Source of the DNA: an uncultured Deinococcales bacterium
Lineage (GTDB): Bacteria > Deinococcota > Deinococci > Deinococcales > JAAFIG01
Assembly (NCBI GenBank): GCA_964247135.1
Contig: CAXTTL010000180.1
Coordinates: 1 to 10,109, forward strand
Length of the DNA: 10,109 nucleotides
Direction: 5' to 3'
Shown piece by piece: positions 1 through 6,489 of this stretch. A program made the translations under genes and the position numbers. The notes under the pieces are model-generated. The model was not told the DNA's origin, searched no databases, and saw only the letters and a program-made list of their open reading frames with translations. Within the stretch, counting starts at the first letter, position 1. Each line of letters opens with the position of its first letter.

Positions 1-91
1 CGTGTCCGTAGGTCGGGGTTCAATTTCTCACACTCGAACTGTCAAGGTTCTCCGCCTTACGCTCGCCAGGGGCGTTTGTAGGGCGGACAGA

Positions 92-120
92 AGATTATCA
101 CCAAGATTGGGAACTGTCAA
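92..120 (-). promoter_or_regulatory. Sigma70-type promoter on the minus strand (TTGACA-17 bp-TGn-TAATCT), transcribing off the left edge of the window
   Basis: Minus strand reads TTGACA (120-115), a 17-bp spacer gttcccaatcttggtga, then TAATCT (97-92) with an extended-10 TG, followed by GC-rich tctgtccgccc. The target gene lies outside the window. Confidence 0.6.
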
Positions 121-299
121 GCGTTGTGGGTTGGATTGCTCGGGTTGCGTTACAGACACGAAAAAAACGAGTTCTCGGGTGAAACAATTCAAGTCTGAAC
201 TCGAGTTCACAACAAAATTCTTCGAGATTGAACGCCAAAATCAGATTTCAGTCACAGAGAAGCCACAACCCAAGCCGCGCCAGACGGTATTCTCGAGCG

Positions 300-1811
300 A
301 TGCGATTTCGATTTTCATTGATTCTGATTCTGGTGCTGTTGAGTTTTAATCAAGCTCGAGCACAATTTCAAGCCCAAGAAGGTTGGGGCAAACCGCGTTT
401 GGTGACGACTTTAACGGCAACGGGTGGTTTGATTCTGGATGCGACGAACAACACTGTTATTGCACTCGAGGAAACGGGTTTAAGCCAAGTCAACCTGCAA
501 ACGGGCGCAAAAACCAAGCTGCTCGAGAAACGCGGTTTAAAAGATTTGCGCGGCATCAACAGCAATTTTGGCATCATGGGCGTTTGGGGCGCACGCAACC
601 TCTCGAGTGATGATGCGCTGGAAGTGGGATGGTTACAAAATGGCAAACTCGAGGTCGAACAGGCATCCATAAACGGCATTCCCAGCGCGAAAACCGTGCT
701 GGCAGACAAAACGGGTCCGATTGCGGTTTGGGCTGAATCTTTGGCTGAAGATACGGTGTTGTACCTGAAAAACTGGCGGGAAAAAGCACAAATTGTTTAC
801 CGCACCAAACTTTCTATTGGGGCGCTTGCCGCCGTGCGAGACTCGAGTGGCAAGTATTTTTTCTTGTTTGCTGAAGGTTATCGCAATGCGCAAGATGAAA
901 AATTTGACGCGATTTTATTGCGCGGGAATTTGGCGAAACTCGAGCGGCAAGAATTAGGCGCGGCGGTATATACGCGTGGTCAAGAGTATTTGTTGACGCC
1001 AGATGGAACGCCGATTTGGTGGTGGGAAACCAGAGAAGACCAACGCAAAGCCGCACTCACTCAAGTGCACAACGCGATTTTGGCGTACTGGGATGGCACA
1101 AAAGCCGTACCCTTTGGCGTAGCGAATCCAACCATCACCTCGAGCAAGGACGCGCTGTACTGGTCTGAAAAAAACAGCATTTTTAGTGCCAACCTTCTAA
1201 AACTCGAGCAAGCCAAACAACTCTTGCTGGCGCCAAACAGCATCAGCTTTGCGCAATATGGGCAAAGCAAAAACAAGCAAGTCATGGTCTGGCAAAGCGT
1301 GGCTCAAGACGGATTTGCCAGCGAACTGTACGCCGCAGACACGCTCGAGCCTTATCAACCAAACTTGATTGACCGCATTGCCGTATCGCTTGGTTGGAAT
1401 CCCTGGTATGCGGGTACAAGCGCCCTTGGGCAAACTGCCGCCAGCCTGTTGGTCGGCGCATTTGGCGTGCTCATCATTACGCCCATTGCCTTTTTGCTCG
1501 GCTCGAGTTTCGGTGGCGCAGGATTCAAAGGGTTCAGGTTTGGTTTAATGCTCGCCTGGGGCTTTGGCATTCTGGCTCGAGTGCTCGGCGGTCTGGCAGC
1601 CAAAAACGCTGGAACGTTCGCCTTTACCGCATTGCTCGAGCCGAGTTGGTGGGTGGTGTTGCTGGGCTTGGGATTGGGAACGTTGCTGGCAGTGCTCAAC
1701 CGCAAACGGTTCATGCAACTCGAGTTGAACACGATCATCACGGCGGGTTTGGTGACGCTGGTTGCCAGTGCGGTCAGTGCATTCTCGAGGTTGGGATTTG
1801 TGCAGTTTTGA
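300..1811 (+). CDS. Hypothetical secreted/membrane-anchored protein (signal peptide, large beta-rich extracytoplasmic domain, about 4 C-terminal TM helices), 503 aa
   Basis: Long ORF 228-1811. ATG at 300 gives a signal-peptide-like N-terminus MRFRFSLILILVLLSFNQARA|Q and has TATTCT 6 bp upstream. Hydrophobic C-terminal segments include LLVGAFGVLIITPIAFLLG and WWVVLLGLGLGTLLAVL. Family not recognised. Confidence 0.8.
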   Translation: MRFRFSLILILVLLSFNQARAQFQAQEGWGKPRLVTTLTATGGLILDATNNTVIALEETGLSQVNLQTGAKTKLLEKRGLKDLRGINSNFGIMGVWGARNLSSDDALEVGWLQNGKLEVEQASINGIPSAKTVLADKTGPIAVWAESLAEDTVLYLKNWREKAQIVYRTKLSIGALAAVRDSSGKYFFLFAEGYRNAQDEKFDAILLRGNLAKLERQELGAAVYTRGQEYLLTPDGTPIWWWETREDQRKAALTQVHNAILAYWDGTKAVPFGVANPTITSSKDALYWSEKNSIFSANLLKLEQAKQLLLAPNSISFAQYGQSKNKQVMVWQSVAQDGFASELYAADTLEPYQPNLIDRIAVSLGWNPWYAGTSALGQTAASLLVGAFGVLIITPIAFLLGSSFGGAGFKGFRFGLMLAWGFGILARVLGGLAAKNAGTFAFTALLEPSWWVVLLGLGLGTLLAVLNRKRFMQLELNTIITAGLVTLVASAVSAFSRLGFVQF

Positions 1812-1825
1812 GGTGGGAATGCTCT

Positions 1826-1872
1826 CCACCCTCATCCCCGACCCTTCTCCCGCGAGCGGGAGAAGGGAGTTT
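1826..1872 (+). repeat. BoxC/REP-like intergenic palindromic repeat, copy 1 (pyrimidine-rich tail plus 12-bp GC-rich hairpin)
   Basis: ccaccctcatccccga-cccttctcccgc-ga-gcgggagaaggg-agttt, with a perfect stem at 1842-1853/1856-1867. An inverted second copy is at 9685-9770. It lies just after the stop of the upstream gene, so it may also act as a terminator or mRNA stabiliser. Confidence 0.75.
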
Positions 1873-1990
1873 AAGTTCTATTTTGAGAGATTGGGATATC
1901 GTTTCTCGAAAAATCCTAAACTACGTCGGGCGCTAGCACTTAAACATGGGGATCACTGCAAAATTATTCGTTCCAGACACAAAATCAGCA

Positions 1991-2101
1991 ATTACCCGTC
2001 TATGACATCCTCGAGTACCCGGCAGGCGGCATGACCGAAACTGAAATTCTCGAGGATATTCCGAGCTTGACCAGGATGATTTGCGAGCGACGCTGTTATT
2101 C
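1991..2101 (+). pseudogene. DUF433-family (putative antitoxin) remnant, N-terminally truncated and frameshifted
   Basis: Reads IT(+1)VYDILEYPAGGMTETEILEDIPSLT(-1)DDLRATLLF, matching the DUF433 pattern RITVYDILEYLAxGMTxxEILxDFPxLTxxDIRAxL. The N-terminal GxPxIRG motif and a start codon are missing. Confidence 0.7.
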
Positions 2102-2839
2102 TGAACGTGCAATCAAACTGCAAACGTGCTTCACAGTCTTCAAATGTTCAGGCAGTAATTTCGTTTGGTGCAATACGAAACTTCTCGAGTAAAGTCCCAA
2201 TGTTGCTTTGGCTCGAGTGGTGACACTTTCACCATCAAATCCAAGGGCAGTCCAGAAGTATTTCTTCCAAATTGCGTCCGTTTCGGCATCGCGCACAGCA
2301 CTCCAAAATCGATTTTCAGAATTGCTCAACACGCCATTGGCAAGAGCACCAACATCGGTTAAGGCGTTCAGCAAAGCAACAGTGGCATGTAACGCTTTCT
2401 CGAGATTGTTGTTGCTTAATCCACCTAAAATTTTTTGAACGATTTCGGCATTTTCAGCCAGTACCCAACTGATCGCAAGATCGGCATCCTTTTGCACTGT
2501 TTTCCATGAGAAGGTTTTGGCGCGTTCTTGCAAATTGGCATACCAACCATCTGGGTCAAACAGGATTTGGGCTTCCCTTGTGGCTGCAATATTGGGCATG
2601 GCTTTCCAAGGGTCATAGAGCATCGATTCACGGTTTTCTCTGTCTACAAAATAGACGTTTACCAAGCGATCTTCAAGGTAGTACATTTGAGCCGGTGGAC
2701 GTTTGCCTCGAACAACCACAAGAATATCCAAGTCGCTGTACGCATCCAACTCGTCTCGAGCGCCGCTGCCAATCAATACGACACTGAGGGTATTGCTGTC
2801 TTGCTCAATCAGATTTGTAATGGTTTGAAGAAGCTGCAT
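2096..2839 (-). CDS. Nucleotidyltransferase domain protein (Pol-beta superfamily; KNTase-like architecture with helical C-terminus)
   Basis: 247 aa with motif VVLIGSGARDELDAYSDLDILVV (GS-x-R...SDxD). TACACT lies 6 bp upstream of the ATG. Confidence 0.85.
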   Translation of the reverse strand: MQLLQTITNLIEQDSNTLSVVLIGSGARDELDAYSDLDILVVVRGKRPPAQMYYLEDRLVNVYFVDRENRESMLYDPWKAMPNIAATREAQILFDPDGWYANLQERAKTFSWKTVQKDADLAISWVLAENAEIVQKILGGLSNNNLEKALHATVALLNALTDVGALANGVLSNSENRFWSAVRDAETDAIWKKYFWTALGFDGESVTTRAKATLGLYSRSFVLHQTKLLPEHLKTVKHVCSLIARSE

Positions 2840-2923
2840 TTATAAAGTGTAATCGGTATTTTCAGTTCGCGTATAAGCGGTCTGGCGTATTCAATTAAAA
2901 TTTACGCGTGCTATTTTCTGCTC

Positions 2924-4624
2924 ATGAATTCCGCTCAGTTGGCTTCTCGAGTTGAACAACTGATTCAGCCACACATTGAGGCTCGAGGTATTCTGGGATT
3001 GTCCCTGGCGGTCATTCAGGGAAACGAAGTTGTTTATGCTGGCGGGTTTGGAAAAACCAGCACTGAGGAAAGTGGCGTTTTGGTCACACCGAACACACTT
3101 TTTGCCTTGGGTTCGGTGTGCAAAACACTGTGCGCCGTCCTGGTGATGCGATTGGTTGAAGAAGGCAAGATTGATTTGGACAGACCGGTGATCGAATACA
3201 TTCCAGAACTCAAATTCAGCAACAAGGATTTGGGCAAAAAGGTGACAACACGACATTTGCTCAGTCACACTTCGGGTCTGCCCGCATTTGGGAAAACATG
3301 GGGGTCACGTGACCCAGATGCGCTGAAGCGATTTGTCCTCGAGCAAGTTCCTTACTACACTTTTTTTGCAAAACCAGGCGCAATTTACCTCTATGCCAGT
3401 TCCGCTTTTTGCATCGCTGGATATGTTGCCGAAGTGATTACTGGGCGTTACTACGATGATTTGGTTCGTGAATATGTGCTTGATCCATTGAGCATGACCA
3501 GCACCTCTTTTGATCCCACTGAAATCCTGACCTATTCGGTTGCTTTGCCTCACGACAAAATGGATGATGGCAGTTTAAAAGTTTCCCATCAAATCCCCTA
3601 CAACGTTTGTGGCAATCCATCAGGATTTGCGTATGGAAGCGTTCTGGATTTGACCCAACTTGCAAAGATGTTTCTCAATCAGGGCAAACTTTCAGACGAA
3701 TCCCTGTTGAAGCCATCGTCTCTTGCTTCAATGACAGCAGATCATGGCAGCCTCGATTTTTTAATGTCAACACGTCCTCTAAAAAATTGTTTCCAGAAAT
3801 CTGGTTTGGGGATATTCACCGGAAATTATCGAAGCCGACCCTTTTGGGGACACGATGGGCGAATGCCAGAGTACGTGACTCTTTTGCATTTGTTTCCCGA
3901 GGACAACACTGCGCTCGTGTTGATGACGAACAATTGTGATGAAAAAGCCTTGTACCAAATTGTGCCTCAAATTTACAACGTTCTTTTGGACCTTCCTGAA
4001 AAACCTGAAGCGAACGAAACCATCACTCCTCCAGCCGTCATAGGTGATGTTGAACATCCAGAACGTTACGTGGGTCGATACCTTTCGGGAGGCGTTTTCT
4101 CGAGGGTTTCGCTGGTCAAAAATCAATTGATGTTGGAACTCGAGGACACTGTTTTGCCCCTCTTCCCGATTGGTGAACATCATTTCTATGCTTATTTTCC
4201 CCAAAAGCCACATTTTTCGGTTCGGTTCTTGCAGGCTTTCGACACACGAATTTCGCACGTCATGATCGCGGGCAATCTGTACGAACGTATGGATATGGAT
4301 GAAAGCTTCCAGCCCGATTTCACAAAACTGAAAACATACGAAGGGATTTACAAAGACCCCAGCAACACAAGATTCGATCAACTGCTGCGGGTCGAACTGA
4401 AAGATGAAAAGATCATTGTTTCAGAGTCTGGATTTGAGATGCCGTGTACCGCACTGAGCGATACGCTGTTTTTGTGTCCATACGGGCTGATCGAGTTTCG
4501 ACACACGAAATCAAATGTTCCCATTTTGGTGTGGGGTAAGGCAACGCCGTATTTTGCCATAAACGAAATAGCATGGGCGCAAAACAAGGTCGTTCAGTAC
4601 ATTGCCCAACCGTATACGGATTAA
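2924..4624 (+). CDS. Serine hydrolase, beta-lactamase/AmpC (PBP-like) family, with C-terminal extension
   Basis: 566 aa with SxxK (FALGSVCK), LLSHTSG, a YxN-position variant (YASS) and HxG (WGHDG). No signal peptide. TATTTT lies 6 bp upstream of the ATG. Confidence 0.9.
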   Translation: MNSAQLASRVEQLIQPHIEARGILGLSLAVIQGNEVVYAGGFGKTSTEESGVLVTPNTLFALGSVCKTLCAVLVMRLVEEGKIDLDRPVIEYIPELKFSNKDLGKKVTTRHLLSHTSGLPAFGKTWGSRDPDALKRFVLEQVPYYTFFAKPGAIYLYASSAFCIAGYVAEVITGRYYDDLVREYVLDPLSMTSTSFDPTEILTYSVALPHDKMDDGSLKVSHQIPYNVCGNPSGFAYGSVLDLTQLAKMFLNQGKLSDESLLKPSSLASMTADHGSLDFLMSTRPLKNCFQKSGLGIFTGNYRSRPFWGHDGRMPEYVTLLHLFPEDNTALVLMTNNCDEKALYQIVPQIYNVLLDLPEKPEANETITPPAVIGDVEHPERYVGRYLSGGVFSRVSLVKNQLMLELEDTVLPLFPIGEHHFYAYFPQKPHFSVRFLQAFDTRISHVMIAGNLYERMDMDESFQPDFTKLKTYEGIYKDPSNTRFDQLLRVELKDEKIIVSESGFEMPCTALSDTLFLCPYGLIEFRHTKSNVPILVWGKATPYFAINEIAWAQNKVVQYIAQPYTD

Positions 4625-4645
4625 AATTTAGAACAGGCAAACGTA

Positions 4646-4677
4646 CTCGAGCCTCGGTCAATCTCCAAAGGCTCGAG
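4646..4677. terminator. Possible stem-loop downstream of the serine hydrolase, built from two CTCGAG sites
   Basis: CTCGAGCCT (4646-4654) and AGGCTCGAG (4669-4677) form a 9-bp inverted repeat with a 14-nt loop. There is no U-tract, so the terminator role is uncertain. Confidence 0.25.
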
Positions 4678-4738
4678 CCATCAACAACGGGTGTGTCTGT
4701 CTCGAGGGGCTGGAACATCGCTTCTCGAGATTCGGCTA

Positions 4739-5032
4739 GAGGCTGGTAAGCACTCGATCTAACTTTCTACAAGAATTACGTTTAAAGACTAAAGCATCGT
4801 CATACACGACTTTTTTGACTCACGCTTTTTGGGTATATTTGGAGTTTGACAGGTCATCTCATACCCCGAAACCAGATTTACGAAAATAGGCGAAGTATGA
4901 AACAACAACCAAACGAGTCGAACGTATATCAAAATAGCTGTGTAGAACGGGAAATTTTAGATATAAAGATTCCAGTATTTCGGTGAAAACAGAAAACCAC
5001 ATCTCAATTTATAAGAGCTTCAAACCAGCCTC
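4739..5032. mobile_element. Putative MITE / non-autonomous IS remnant (~294 bp) with GAGGCTGGT termini and TA duplication
   Basis: Left end TA|GAGGCTGGT (4737-4747) and right end ACCAGCCTC|TA (5024-5034) are perfect inverted repeats. The interior is AT-rich, has no CTCGAG and has no recognisable ORF. Confidence 0.45.
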
Positions 5033-6081
5033 TAAGTCAACTCGAGGTAACGATCAGATTGCTCGAGATCAGCGTCCAGGGCAGCAATGGGGTTAACATC
5101 TTCAATTGAATTTCCTTGTTGAACTGTGACTGATTTTCCTTCACGTTTCAGTGCAAAAAATTGTGCTGGAACATTTGGATGCAAAGACAATTGAATTTGC
5201 AATTCCCGCAGCAAAAACAAACTGTGCGTCGCAAGAACAATCTGAATGCCCATGCTCGAGAGAATCACCAGCGTTTCGGCAAGGTGACGAATCATTTTGG
5301 GGTTTAAGTTGGTTTCTGGCTCGTCCCAAAAAAGTGTTGTGCCTTTTTGCAAACTGCCGTTCATCAGTAAATACGCGAGCATGGCAATTTTACGAATACC
5401 TTCTGCAACAAGCGGCATCTCGAGTTTCTGATTGGCATTAGAAATGTAAAACCGTCCATTTTCAACAATTATTTTGCCTTCCATTTGTTTCTCGAGCGTT
5501 TCGAGTAAGGGTTTTACTTTTTCGGCGGCTTCACCTTTCAATGGCGTAAGCGCCAAAGCATCAGCAAGATCAAGATAAGTGCTGTCAAACTCGAGTTCTC
5601 GATTGCGGAGTACTGCGGCAAAACCAGAATAAATTGAAAGGATTTCCTTAGTAGGAATAGTTAATGGACGAATAATAATGGAGTTTGTAGTAAATTTTCG
5701 CAAAAATACAAGTTTTGACTGGAATTCAATATCAAAACCAATGTCGATTGAATCAAACCCAAAGTCACTTGGTTTCTCAAAATTTCGTTTAAAAAAGTTC
5801 CTAATTTCGCAATTCGAATTTCTGGCACGATTTGAAATTAAATCACCAAGTTTTTCCACATGAAACACGGATAGCAATTGACGAGTTATTCTTTCTTGCT
5901 CACTTCCAACCAAACCCGATAATCCAGATTCAAAACTTATTTGCATCATGGAATAACCAAGTTTTAGCAAATGACTTTTCCCAGTCCCATTCTCACCAAT
6001 CACCACATTCAACCCAGGGCTAAACTCGAGCTTGGCTTCTTCAAACACGGTAAAATTTTTGATCTCGAGCGCTCGTAACAT
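5032..6081 (-). CDS. AAA_21/AAA_15-type ABC-like ATPase (defence/TA-associated class)
   Basis: 349 aa with N-terminal LEIKNF...LNVVIGENGTGKS (Walker A), signature-like AEGIRK, Walker B/D-loop LFWDEPETNLNP and H-loop LATHS. No TM segments. TAAACT lies 6 bp upstream of the ATG. Confidence 0.9.
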   Translation of the reverse strand: MLRALEIKNFTVFEEAKLEFSPGLNVVIGENGTGKSHLLKLGYSMMQISFESGLSGLVGSEQERITRQLLSVFHVEKLGDLISNRARNSNCEIRNFFKRNFEKPSDFGFDSIDIGFDIEFQSKLVFLRKFTTNSIIIRPLTIPTKEILSIYSGFAAVLRNRELEFDSTYLDLADALALTPLKGEAAEKVKPLLETLEKQMEGKIIVENGRFYISNANQKLEMPLVAEGIRKIAMLAYLLMNGSLQKGTTLFWDEPETNLNPKMIRHLAETLVILSSMGIQIVLATHSLFLLRELQIQLSLHPNVPAQFFALKREGKSVTVQQGNSIEDVNPIAALDADLEQSDRYLELT

Positions 6082-6144
6082 GCGCTCAGTTTACCTCAAT
6101 CGTGCGTCAATCGAAATCTCGAGAAATACCCGTACAATCACTTT

Positions 6145-6489
6145 GTGAATCCTGAAGCTCGAGTCATTGTTGCGTCCGAAGTCAACCTTAAAATCAGGTC
6201 GCTCGAGGATGTGTCTGATGCCATTGGCGCGGTTTATGGTGCAGACGGTTTGTTGCTGAGCGAAGCCGAACTTTCACCAGAATTTTTTGATCTGCGTTCT
6301 GGGATTGCTGGTGAACTTTTTCAGAAATTCACCAATTATCAAATTCACCTTGCAGTTGTGGTCAAGAGTCTCGAGGTTTATGGCGAACGTTTTGGCGAAC
6401 TGGCATTTGAACATAAAAATCACAAATTGATTCGCTTTTTTGATGATGTCGAAGCTGCAAAATCGTGGCTGATTAGCCAAGGAACCTAA
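6145..6489 (+). CDS. DUF4180 domain protein
   Basis: 114 aa, GTG start with TACAAT 6 bp upstream. Characteristic EFFDLRSGIAGELFQKFTNY and RFFDDVEAAKSWL. The stop overlaps the convergent tilS-tadA stop. Confidence 0.85.
   Translation: MNPEARVIVASEVNLKIRSLEDVSDAIGAVYGADGLLLSEAELSPEFFDLRSGIAGELFQKFTNYQIHLAVVVKSLEVYGERFGELAFEHKNHKLIRFFDDVEAAKSWLISQGT

Noticed and set aside
2-349. 115-aa ORF at the left edge, and the 228 start for the membrane protein
   Set aside because: It has no recognisable protein features and overlaps promoter elements. ATG 300 gives a clean signal peptide with a correctly spaced -10 box.
4413-4718. 101-aa minus-strand ORF as the ATPase partner
   Set aside because: It mostly overlaps the serine hydrolase 3' end in antisense, is separated from the ATPase by ~310 bp and has no nuclease-like motifs.
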